Below, piece after piece: positions 41,701-54,372 of a stretch of DNA of 64,000 bases (positions within the stretch are counted from its first letter, which is position 1; each line of letters starts with the position of its first letter). The notes under the pieces were generated by a model. The model was not told where the DNA came from, did no database searches, and saw nothing but the letters and a program-made list of their open reading frames with translations. The DNA comes from Octopus sinensis. Its lineage: Eukaryota. The translations under genes and the position numbers were made by a program. The stretch lies in the NCBI RefSeq assembly GCF_006345805.1, contig NC_043005.1:95108001-95172000 (forward strand), in the 5' to 3' direction.

Positions 41701-41825
41701 GCAGATTAAAGAAAAGAAAAAACTGTTGTTTGAAGAGGAGAGGGAAGTTGGACGCAGTGAACAAGGCAGCAACAAAATCGCTTCTTCTCACCAAAAATCA
41801 TTAAGTGGAGTCTAATGAGTTTCCC

Positions 41826-41873
<48 letters not shown>

Positions 41874-41995
41874 GCAGCGAATTTTTCGACTAATTACTTC
41901 AATTAAAAAAATTATTTGGAGAAATAATGCACGGCACGATGACATTTCGTAATTGTTCTTATTGTCCCAGCAACCTATAATAATAGTTGGCATTA

Positions 41996-42027
<32 letters not shown>

Positions 42028-42029
42028 AA

Positions 42030-42247
42030 GGTGACGAGGTGGCAAAATCGTTAGCACGCCGGATAAAATGCTTAGCGACATTTCGTCCCTCTTAACATTC
42101 TCTGGTTCGAATACCACTGTGGTCGACTTAGCCTTTCATTCTTTTGGGACTCGATAAAATAAATACCAGTTGAACAATGGGGTTGATTTAATCGACTTAA
42201 TAGCTTCCCCCGAAAATTGCTGGCCTTGTAACAAAATTTGAAACCAC
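42030..42247 (+). mobile_element. SINE family A copy (alternative tail)
   Basis: Diverged head and core. Confidence 0.75.
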
Positions 42248-42256
42248 TAAACATGT

Positions 42257-42333
<77 letters not shown>

Positions 42334-42336
42334 CGC

Positions 42337-42865
42337 GATGTATGTTGTGCGTGTATATATGAATATATGTACTCGTATGATTTTATATATATATATATAT
42401 ATATATGAATAAATAAATGGAGTTTAACGCAAGTGTAATCAAATATTTTTATTTTCGACACATGTTTCGAAAATTCCACTGATACTATTCAAAAGAATAA
42501 ATGGTATAAACAATGCAATCTTCTCCTCAGGAAAGTGAAATAAACGAAACTCGTCAATAAGACATTTTAGCAAAAAATGATGGATTTGTATAGCGATTGA
42601 CAGAACGCTATTAATATTGTTTAAAAAAACGTTATATGATATAACGTCATAAGTAGCTAACAGAAAGAGTAGGGATATTAATAGTGAATGTTAAATATAA
42701 AGGAAATTAAAGTTTAAATTATATATAATGATAGAGACTACTTATACGCACTAAATGTATGTTTTTGCCAATGCTTACATCTGTATGCTCGCTCTATAAC
42801 CGTGTTTACTAGAGTATTTTTAGATGTATGTTGTGCGTGTATATATGAATATATGTACTCGTATG

Positions 42866-42909
<44 letters not shown>

Positions 42910-43323
42910 TAAATAAATGGAGTTTAACGCAAGTGTAATCAAATATTTTTACTTTCGACACATGTTTCGAAAATTCCACTGATACTATTCAAAAGAATAA
43001 ATGGTATAAACAATGCAATCTTCTCCTCAGGAAAGTGAAATAAACGAAACTCGTCAATAAGACATTTTAGCAAAAAATGATGGATTTGTATAGCGATTGA
43101 CAGAACGCTATTAATATTGTTTAAAAAAACGTTATATGATATAACGTCATAAGTAGCTAACAGAAAGAGTAGGGATATTAATAGTGAATGTTAAATATAA
43201 AGGAAATTAAAGTTTAAATTATATATAATGATAGAGACTACTTATATGCACTAATTGTATGTTTTTGCCAATGCTTACATCTGTATGCTCGCTCTATAAC
43301 TGTGTTTACTAGAGTATTTTTAG
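42337..43323. repeat. ~490-bp near-identical tandem duplication
   Basis: 42337-42822 versus 42823-43323; they differ by a few SNPs and in (TA)n length. Confidence 0.95.
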
Positions 43324-43444
43324 AAAAAATAATGAAAATTAGCTCAGAATTGCAGAGAAGACAGAATTTCTTGCCTTTTTGCTGCCCTGGTAACTATTTA
43401 TTTATTTTTTCCGTGTTAATTGTTAACAAGGTAAAAATACACTC

Positions 43445-43484
<40 letters not shown>

Positions 43485-44001
43485 TTGTATTGGTTTTAAT
43501 TTGAAATACACACACATATTTAAACTTACATACTAGTGTATGTACTTTCATATACGTCTTGTTTTAGAGGCCCCCTTAAGTGCATGTGAAATCGTACGGG
43601 TACCAATGTAGCATACACCATGTCTTGGGCTCTGTTAGAGCTATAGAGCTTCTCTTCTTCCAGGTTTGTCTACAAACAAGGAGAGAAAGAGAGAGAGAGA
43701 GAAACAGACAGACAGACAGACAGAGACAGAAAGATAGACAGATAGACGGCTAGACAGACAGACAAAGAAGGAGAATTCCATTACAGGGTGTATCTGTAAC
43801 TTTATTTATCGACTTCGAAAGGATGAAACGCAAAGTTGATCTCGGCAGGATTTACACTAAGAATGCAAGGAGCCATTTCGAGTACCGCAATGCAATCTTT
43901 CTGAAGCTCTAATGGAGTTGGCTAATGGTTATACATACATACATACATACATACATGTATGTATGTATACTTTCATATATATATACAAAGGTCCATATAT
44001 A

Positions 44002-44069
<68 letters not shown>

Positions 44070-44599
44070 CAGAACTATACTTTAACATGTAGGTGCAGAT
44101 GCACATCCGGTTGTTTGGTTAGGGAGAACACTGCTGTATCTTATTTTGTGGTACTTTTATATATAATCATTTCAACGCCCATGAAGTGTATATTCGTAAC
44201 ATTTTGGAGACATGTGAACTTTTGGCAAATAATACTGATACATTGATGAGATCCATAATATTGAGACAAGATCTTTAGTTGGTCGTCCCTTGCCCGCAAA
44301 CATGTTTTAAGCATGCACATTTATCTTGTGAAATACATTTTTAATTTCTTGAAATTATTCCTTCTTTTCTTCGAGGGTCACGATTAGATACCGTTAGGTT
44401 TTTGTTTACATTCTCCATGTATTTTCTGCATATGTCAATCATCCTCAGCTTAATTATTTACATCCATGCCTTTGGCCTACTCCAGTTATTTCCCTTCGAT
44501 CACTTTATTTCTTTGTTTTAGCAACTTACTAATGTAAACAAAAATCAGTGTACCTCTTTTTTTCTCATGTAAACTATCAATTCATGAAAGCAAGCTTAA

Positions 44600-45080
44600 G
44601 CAGAATACATTAAACTGATGTAATCCAATAAGACGGAAACATTGTGCATTTGTGCTCCTCTGTCTACCAACAAAGACCAAATTTCCTGCTCTGTATATGG
44701 ATGAATTTTTATCAAGCTTGATCTGAGACCATGTATTGAAACTAAAACAGCTGCAGTGTGAAAAACACATATTAACCATTGAAAAACATACGAAAATTGT
44801 TAACTTCACTTCGACATTTGGGAGAAGTTAATAGTCTTCGTGAGCTTTTGAATGATTAGTATCCATCTTTCACGCTGCAATTGTTTTATTAAACTGATTC
44901 TCGATTTCTTGAAATCATCACCTCTTGAGGCAATTCTTGAAATAATCTCGATTCCCATCTCCCAAAAATGTATACCTTATATCAATGAATATTTTCATAT
45001 TCTAGCAATCGATCTCACTGATAGCAGCTATATCGATATTGCATTTTCTCATTCCCAACGAACATGACGAACCAACTAGT
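44600..45080 (-). mobile_element. Highly decayed RTE-type APE endonuclease fragment
   Basis: RKCNIDIAAISE (45040-45014 region) and YTFL, matching the RTE N-terminal pattern. Confidence 0.5.
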
Positions 45081-45480
45081 AAGCAACTTGGCTTTCCCTT
45101 ACAGTTGTTATGTCTGGTCTATTATTTTCTAGCTTCTTATCCATTTGAATGGGAAAATCCCATAAATTTTTGCATTTCTCCGACTCCAACACTCTTTCGA
45201 TCCATTTGAATCACATCATCTACCTTCCGCTTCAAATCCCCATTTCTGACAAGGTTTCCACTGCAAAACTTTCACCACTTGGTCATTTCTTACCCTCTCC
45301 CTCTGCCAACTTAGAACATTCCGCAACAATATGTGTCACGTTCCAAATTTTACAGACTCCATTTTGCTGACACCTTCACCCCATACACATATTTTCTCAA
45401 GTTGTCTGTTTTATCGCTTAATCTTGAGCTGTATCACGAGGGTTACATCTCTATCATCCACCCAGCCCCACCTTTTCTTT
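45081..45480 (-). mobile_element. RLE-type (R4/R2-group) non-LTR retrotransposon C-terminal fragment
   Basis: THIVAECSKLA (45336-45303), RNDQV..VLQWK, and LWDFPIQMDKKLENNRPDI (45168-45109). Confidence 0.75.
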
Positions 45481-45650
45481 AAACCTTTGTATGCTATATA
45501 TATATTCCATCTTTTTCAATGTATACCGTTTATACTTACTTTTTTTTTATCATTTCATTATATGTAAACACCAACATTTTATGTCTGTCTTTGTATAGTC
45601 CCCTCATCCTTCGCCCTTGTGGCAAATAAATGAAATCATTATTGCTGTTG

Positions 45651-45696
<46 letters not shown>

Positions 45697-45925
45697 TATT
45701 ATTTATTTATTTATTTATTCTTTTACTTGTTTCAGTCATTTGACTGTGGCCATGCTGGAGCAACGCCTTTAGTCGAGCAAATCGACCCCAGGACATATTC
45801 TTTGTAAGCATAGTACTTATTCTATCGGTTTCTTGTGCCGAACCGCTAAGTTACGGGGACGTAAACACACCAGCATCGGTTGTCAGCGATGTTGGTGGGG
45901 GGGGGACAAACACAGACACACAAAG

Positions 45926-45969
<44 letters not shown>

Positions 45970-46239
45970 AGCAATATAACGTACTATTGACTATGTATAT
46001 TTGCATCGAGGTACTAATTTGTGTATGTTTATTATCACAATATTGAGTCGAAAAACTGAGACATTGGATGTAGAACACATATATATGTTTACTAATTTAT
46101 ATTATTTACTTATATCATTATGTATATGTTTATTTTTATATGTATAAGAGTGTGAGTATATGCACTCATATGTATATGTATATGTTGTATTATGGGTATG
46201 CACCCACACCCATGTGGGTATATATGTAGACTGATTTAT

Positions 46240-46379
46240 ATTACATAATCTCCGAAGAGGCCTTATGATATTTCTGTAAATGTCTCATTTATATCTATAT
46301 ATTAACCTACCATAAAGGGCTAATATTGGTAAAATGAGACATACTTATCTACATGGCCGAAACAGCTTTAAGATGTAAT
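46240..46379 (+). ncRNA. Hammerhead-like motif with long structured helix II
   Basis: AUCU-CCGAAGA-GGCC[~92 nt including 11-bp stem augucucauuu/aaaugagacau]GGCC-GAAA-CAGCUU-UA-AGAU, with extra pairing auuac/guaau. Confidence 0.45.
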
Positions 46380-46617
46380 CTATACTTATATTTATATTTA
46401 CTTATATTTATATTCTCTTTTATATATATTCTACTTATTATACAACATTACTTTTTTATGTACACTTTTTTATGTACATTCCTTTATGTACACTGATTTG
46501 TTCTGCTTTTTATATCTAACCCTACAGTCTCTTATGTGGTGGTTTAATAAAGTATGTGATTGAGTATTATCTGGTAATTGATATTTGATTTAGATGTATT
46601 TCTCCATTTTCTTATCT

Positions 46618-46661
<44 letters not shown>

Positions 46662-47730
46662 CATACATATATACGACGGGCTTCTTTCAGTTTCCGTCTA
46701 CCAAATCCACTCACAAGGCTTTGGTCGGCCCGAGGCTATAGTAGAAGACACTGGGACCGAACCCAGAATTATTATTATTTCTTTCCAAGATTGATAATTA
46801 AGTACTCGCAATACACTGCTTTCGATTCAATCAACGGTGTACTTACTTCAAACAGGGATTGGGCATAACCCTTTATAAATTGTAATAAATAAATAAATAA
46901 CAAGTTAGATTATTTCCTTCAAAGTTATATTTTCATGAAGACAATAAAGCAAAAATTCTTTAGAGAATGTTCTAAAGTATCTTAGGATATATGTCAAGTG
47001 TCTTGAAACAAATGTTAGTCAGCCACAGGCGGGGAATAAAATTCCAGATATACTTCTGTATAGGTTTGTAAAATGGAATCCAGTCTAACATTTTTGTGCG
47101 TCTTCTCCAGATTTGAATTTTTTCCTCAAGTTGTATCATTAAGTTTACTGATATCACTTCTCTTTAATATGTTTAGTACGTTAAATGACATTTCCTCTTA
47201 ACAAACATGAACAGAAAAGAAAATACGAAAGGCCAGCTAAATATACTGTATACTACACAGTATAGACGCTGTGAGAATTAACGGAGTCAGTCTGATGGAA
47301 ACTCTCCAGACCTATCTTGGCTAAAAGAGCGAATGACGTCAACACTATAAAACTGTTGTCTAGCAAATGCACACGGCGATAAATTTAGAGAAGACCGTGT
47401 ATTCTGAAGCATAACAAACCCGGTGCTTTGCTGGCATTTTAATTCGTCGACCCTGGCAGGAGGAAAGGCTTAAGAGATATTGGGAGGATTCGATATCAGA
47501 ACATACAAGGGATTATTTATCAATATCTTTTTTTTTAATCTTTTATTTGTTTCATTCATTAGACGACGGATATGTTGGGGCACCTCCTTGGAAGGTTTAG
47601 TCGGACAAACCAGCCCCAGTACTTATGGGTTTTTTTTAAAGTATTATATTTATTCTATCACACCTTTTTGCTGAACAGCTAAGTTATGGGGGTCAGCACC
47701 CGTTGTCAAGCGATCGTAGGGGTGTCGAAT

Positions 47731-47761
<31 letters not shown>

Positions 47762-48215
47762 CGCACGCACACACACGCACATACAAACTCTCCCCACATG
47801 CATGCATATATACGACGGGCCTCCACAAAGCTTCTGTCTACCGAATTCCGTCCCAGGGCATTAATTAGTTCAGAAGACACTTGCCAAAGGTGACACATGG
47901 TGGGAGTGAACCCCAAACCCCATGGTTGCAAAACAGCTAGAACATAAAGCCGTAAAAAATGCTTTAAGCATTTTGCCCAGCATGCTAACGACTCTGCCAG
48001 CTTGCTATCCTTTATACTGGCGTATAATTAATCTTAAAGAAATTCAGTCATCTTCGATAAAACTTTGCAGTGTAACAGAAGGGCTTTTTCAAAATCAATG
48101 TTCCTGTTATTGTTGTTGTTTAGGTTCTGGTCGGCCTTGAAGGATAGGATCTACCATCAAAAGCGCCTCGGCTGTAGCCTTCCCGTAATTTTCCCTGACT
48201 ATATAACCGGAGATT

Positions 48216-48281
<66 letters not shown>

Positions 48282-48316
48282 GATAGATAGATATATAGAT
48301 ATATAGATAGATAGAT

Positions 48317-48394
<78 letters not shown>

Positions 48395-48710
48395 AGTCAG
48401 ACAGAGAAAGAGAGAGAGTATCTTTTTATTATTAAGGGCGAATTGTAAGTGCTTAATAATATACAGGGGTGCACCTGTACTGAGGGAAACAGCGTCTCCT
48501 TTGACTCAGCAACTTTAATGTTGTTCTCATCATGGGTATCAACCCAATTTACAGATCGTCTCCTATGTTGAAAATCTACTCAGTAACTGATACCAGTTAC
48601 CAGATGTTCTGAGATGATTTGAAACTTTGTTAATCTGTCAAGGCCAGATAGAAGGAAAACAAAAAAAGATATTTTTGGAATATAATTTTGTTTCGTGAAA
48701 TAATGTTTAA

Positions 48711-48950
48711 CCCTTCAACTGCGAAATTAAATTTCATGGCTATTCTTGTAAAGATGTTAAATATTTACCACAAAGAAAACTGGTTATTTTCTGCAAGTCC
48801 CTTTGCCTGATTTTTGTTGAGATGCATCAAGTTTAAGAAAACTTGATGCATCTCAACAAAAATCAGTTTCAAACATTGACATTTTTCAACAAAAGACAAG
48901 TTGTTATATAAAACCGCTTTCCACAGTGAACGGTAATGAAGTTAATAGGG
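48711..48950. mobile_element. piggyBac-like MITE with an internal perfect 28-bp hairpin
   Basis: TTAA|CCCT...AGGG|TTAA ends; hairpin at 48807-48866 with loop aaga. Confidence 0.7.
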
Positions 48951-49446
48951 TTAAAAATCATAATCATAGACCATGGTGAAAGTTAAGGTGTCTTTTTTCA
49001 GACTTGAATTCCTACTCAAGACGTAGTCTGCTGTTAATGCTATCATTTACTTTGTCTAAATGATATTTATCATTAATGTTCCTTAACAAAATCATAAATA
49101 AATAAATAAATAATGGCAAGCTAAAAATACTTCTTGTAGTACAAAACTGACGATGTAGGAATGTCTGAAGTCTGTGATGGAAACACACCAGGCGTATCTT
49201 GAGTAAAAGATCGAAGGACGCTAACATTATATCGATAGCGCCTTATCATCATCATGATCAGGACCATCATCCTCATCATCGGTTCGAGCTTCTTCAGATT
49301 CACGTGACTATCCAATCACTATCCTCCCACGCCTTGTAATAGCTGTTCTCGATAACATCTAGTGTCGACTACTAAATGGTCGACGCATATCTTTGCAGGA
49401 CGAGCGATGCGATTTCGAACTATGTCGAAGCGTTCAATGTAGTGAG

Positions 49447-49600
49447 TCACCCCAGTACGCAACTGGTACTTAATTTATCAACCCCGAAAGGATGAAGGGC
49501 AAAGTCGACCTCGGCGGAATTTGAACTCAGAACGTAACGGCAGACGAAATCCATTAAGTATTTCCCCCGGCGTGCTAACGCTTCTGCCAACTCCCCGCCT
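49447..49600 (-). mobile_element. SINE family A copy
   Basis: Reverse complement of head and core. Confidence 0.8.
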
Positions 49601-50974
49601 TAAAATAGGAAAAATATTTATTTCTTTACTTGTACCTGATATTTTAGGTTGCTTAGCACTAATTATTTCTTTGAGAGGGTGTTTAGTGGAGGTGTTCCAT
49701 TTCTACAACTCGGAAAGACAAAGTTTAATCAATAACAGGTGTTTTTTTAAGGTAAACATTTGTGTGTTGAGAGTGCTATTGTGTTCCGTCTTCAAATTCA
49801 GGAGTCGATGTCTTATCAGACGAGGAAGCAGTTCTGTACGTGTTTCGGCCCTTTCCACCGCAACACCAGGGCTTCTCGGGACCACCCACAAACATAGGCC
49901 ACAAAGTCCCGCACAACAGCCCGAATTACTCTTAATTTGTTGTTCGCGTTTTATTTATTCCATGGGACAACCCCGCAAGAAGATTCACAAGCATGGCGCT
50001 ATAAATAAGACGGACCAAGAATTTATGATTGGCTGAGTTCTCAAAGAAACTACGCTGCCTTTTCGTATGCTGTTGATAACTCTACAATCATGACTTGGAA
50101 AGCCGCAGGAAATCTCTTCATCGGCTCTTGCGTGTTTGCTGTGAACATAAATATATCCAAATCTGTTCCATTATGGGAATCAATATTGAATCAATATTAA
50201 CACGACTATAAGGAATTCTATAGTTCATTGCGTATTGTACTAAAATAATCAGTGACGTCATCGTTATTGCCCTCGTCGTCGTCGTCATCCTCCTCCTCTC
50301 CTCCTCCTCCTCATCATCATCAACTTCATCATCACAACCATCGTCGTCATAGCAGTCAATATCGTTATTCATACCATAATGTTTGCGTTCATTAATTTAC
50401 ATTGTCATCATCGTTATTGTCAAAGTCCCTCCACAGGATGACCACCACCACCATATCAACCCCTATAATCATCATCATCATCGTGCCTGTCATGTCTTCA
50501 TAATCGAGTTCTCTCGTACACTACTACCATTGTTCTTCCATACATCTCCAATGCATGGACTCTCGCAAAGAAGACATCACCGACACATCCTTCCCAGAGG
50601 ACAATATTCCTGTATCCTTTTATCGAAATTACCTTTAATAGTCTTTCACCGCCTCATATTGTTATTGTTGCCATTGTTGTTGTTGCTGCTCTCGTTGCTA
50701 TTGTTGTTATCACAACAACAACCACATCGCATTATTGTGTGTGATGTACCATACTTATTAATGTCTCTGCCCAGACAATGCATTTAACTTCTTCATAAAG
50801 TATGAATACTCAGCAACATAATCCCAGGGATAAACGCTAATTAATTCTTGCTTCTCGGATAACAATGCAGTAGATTTCATTCGTACTCTTCTTAATTAGA
50901 GCACTCACTAAATTATATACTAATTTAATTAGTTCAGTTTAATTATGGTCAGTTAATTGAGCTATCGTCTAAAC

Positions 50975-51230
50975 CAGTGTTTCTCAACCATTTTTTGCCT
51001 ATGGACTCCTCCTTTGATTCCTCTTTTACTCTACTGGACATCCCCAGCCATTCCATGTTTTAAAAATCCTATTATAGTTTTATCATTAAGTATTATTAAG
51101 AATTGTATAGAAAATTAAAATATTTTGTGTATTGTACAAATTATTAGCAATTTATTGCACCTAAACTTTTTAACAACCAAATCTTATATGGACGCCCAAG
51201 GCCCGTATGGACCCCGGCTCAGAACTAATG
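50975..51230. mobile_element. hAT/Charlie-like MITE
   Basis: Starts cagtgtttctcaacc; the right end is degenerate. Confidence 0.45.
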
Positions 51231-51288
51231 GTATTGATTTCTTCATAAATCACACGCCTGACTTTTGTTATAGTTTAAGTCCCCACTT

Positions 51289-51389
<101 letters not shown>

Positions 51390-51400
51390 ATATAATATAA

Positions 51401-51439
<39 letters not shown>

Positions 51440-51905
51440 TCTATTTATGCTAATTTTCAACATTTGCTCAGAGCCGCTAATGTTTTCAGAAGAAATGTTA
51501 TCGATTTTATCGATCCACAGTACTTCATTGGTACTTAATTTTATCGACTCCGTAAAGAATGAAAAGCAAAGTCAACAGTGGTGCGATTTAAACTTAGAAT
51601 GTAAAAGGACGAAATTAAACACCGTGAGGCACTTTGTCCGCCATTTACCGACCCATCATCCATTGCTCTCTGAGATGAATTAATATCGATAACTAATTTG
51701 ATCACAAGGTCATTCTTTTATTTTTTGTTTCAGCCATTGATCTATAGCCATGCTGGGGCACTACTTTAAAGGGTTTAGTCTAACAAATCGATCCCAGTAC
51801 ATATTTTTTTAAAGACTGGTGCTTATTCTATCGGTTGGTGAGCGGAAGCAGGGAACAAACATGACACACATACACACATACAAACGGTGGTATAAACAGT
51901 CAGAA

Positions 51906-52107
51906 GGCGGCGAGCTGGCAGAGTGGTTAGCACGCCGGGCGAAATGCGTAGCTGTATTTCGTCTGCCGTTACGTTCTGAGTTCAAATTCCGCCGAGGTCG
52001 ACTTTGCCTTTCATCCTTTCGGGGTCGATAAATCGACTTAATCCGTTTGTCTGTCCCTGTTTGTCCTCTCTGTGTTTAGCCCCTTGTGGGTAGTAAAGAA
52101 ATAGGTA
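51906..52107 (+). mobile_element. SINE family A copy; an inverted copy follows at 52283-52465
   Basis: Head and core. Confidence 0.85.
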
Positions 52108-52922
52108 TAAACAGTCATTATAGAAGGTGACTGCGAATATACACATATGGAAGGAAGTACGAATTTCATAATTCCTTAAGGAATCATCACATTTTCTAAC
52201 GACAACGCTAACTACAACAATAACGAACATAGCAGCAGCAACAACAATAGTAAACGACAATATTCTTTTCTACTCTAGGCACAAGGCCCCCAATTTTTTT
52301 TTTTGGGGGGGGGCAGTCGATTAGATCGACCCCAGTACGCAACTGGTACTTAATTTATCGACCCCGAAAGGATGAAAGGCTATTTAAACTCAGAACGTAA
52401 AGACAGACGAAATCCGTTAAGCATTTCGCCCGGCGTGTTAACGTTTCTGCCAGATCCCCGCCTTAAAATAGGAAAAATATTTATTTCTTTATTGCCCACA
52501 GGGGACTAAACATAGAACCTCAGTATTGATAGAGCTTGGTCGTCCAGGTCGAGAAAACATTGAAAGTGGCCAAAACATTGTTGGCAAGTCCAGACATTTA
52601 AAGCTTTATTTCCACAGACAGGGCGACTACTTCTTGTCGCTTTCCATTGTTTTAAATTCATACAGCCTGCCGTATCTAATGCAGATCTGATCTAAACACA
52701 TTTTAGCAGGGCAAAATCGATACGAACTTAATCATTATCGTATAAAGTAATTTCCAAAGAAAAAAAAAACAATAGAATAAAACTTAATGATTATTTTACC
52801 GCGAATATTGAAAAATTACCCTCAAAGTGATCGTGTCAAAATTGCTACAGGACTTTCTTTCCAACTTAATATATAGCCTTGGTGTTCATTGTTTAATAAT
52901 AATAATAATGATAATAATAATG

Positions 52923-52993
<71 letters not shown>

Positions 52994-52994
<1 letters not shown>

Positions 52995-53547
52995 CCCTGA
53001 TGCAGTACCAGGCAGTGGCTCTCATGGCTTCTGATCTTAACTGATTTGAAGTGTTATCATGTGCATTGTTTTGTCTTCGTATAAAAGATGGGCTACAGCA
53101 AATATTCTGCTCAATACCACAGATTTGCTTGTCAGTTGTTTGGCCTTAACCAGTTGAGCATGTCCCTTAGTGGCTGACGATATGTGCATCTCTGATCACG
53201 AGCAGAAGTAGTGGGGGAGCATCCTAGCCATGTGTTGAGAGGGATTCTTTGGGGTTTGAATAATTCACCTCTGGAAACATGGGTGTTTCGTTCAACGTCC
53301 TTAAACAACCCTTATTCAGGGACCTTTTGAGCGGGATGGGTTACTCGATTTGAAGAAAATTCTAACTGGGCTCCACCTGCAAGGTCATGTGCTGTTTATC
53401 TTGATATGAGATCACCATGTCGCGCACATATGGTTGTGATGCATGTGCCTGGTGTACTCTTATCAGACGGGTAGTCATGATGGGTATACTGGGCTTCGTA
53501 TATTTTACCCCAGTGTCACTTTGATGGCATGCTCTGCTCGCTCACTC
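52994..53547. mobile_element. 554-bp non-coding element embedded in an (AAT)n array
   Basis: Complex sequence sharply bounded by (AAT)n at about 52896-52993 and 53548-53630. Confidence 0.6.
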
Positions 53548-53613
<66 letters not shown>

Positions 53614-53978
53614 GATGATAATAATAATAATTTAAACTTAATTTTAAATCAAACTTAATTGTAATTCGAATTTAATTGTAGTGTTTTTACTTATCATATT
53701 ATATATTTATCATTCATATTATACTTTTTGAGATCTAGTTATAAGATATATATTTTATAAAAATATATATTATTTGTTATTTATGTATTGGTTTATGTCT
53801 ATCACTGTTTGAGTTGCATAATAGTGGTTTTATCTTTAATTTATATTATATATATATAAAGTTGTATCCCTCTATATCCCGTCACTTAGTAGTTGGACAA
53901 ACTGATATTCGTTTAAATAAGTACCAGACTGGAATGAGTAGAGGAATCAAAAAGATCGAGTAAATACTCGAATACGGA

Positions 53979-54372
53979 AGGCGGCGAACTGGCAGAAACG
54001 TTAGCACGCCGGGCGAAATGCTTAGTAGTATTTCGTCTGTCTTTGTGTTCTGAGCTCAAATTCCGCCGAGGTCGACTTTGCCTTTCATCCTTTCGGGGTC
54101 GATTAATTAAGTACCAGTTACGCGCTGGGGTCGATATAATCGACCTAATCCGTTTGTCTGTCCTTGTTTGTCACCTCTGTGTTTAGCCCCTTGTTGGTAG
54201 TAAAAAAATAGGTATTTCGTCTGCCGCTACTTTCTGAGCTCAAATTCCGGCGAGGTCAACTTTGCCTTTCATCCTTTCGGGGTCGATAAATTAAGTACCA
54301 GTTGCGCACTGGGGTCGATCTAATCGACTGGCCACCTCCCACCAAATTTCAGGCTTTGTGCCTAGTGTAGAA
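53979..54372 (+). mobile_element. SINE family A, full monomer plus headless second monomer
   Basis: The sequence restarts at ggtatttcgtctg after the first tail. Confidence 0.85.

Noticed and set aside
49275-49305. CUGAAGAAGCUCGAAC on the minus strand
   Set aside because: No helix II or helix I, and GAAC instead of GAAA.
50118-50787. Acidic and His-rich ORFs
   Set aside because: They derive from (TCA)/(TCG)/(TTG) triplet runs and have no splice or domain support.
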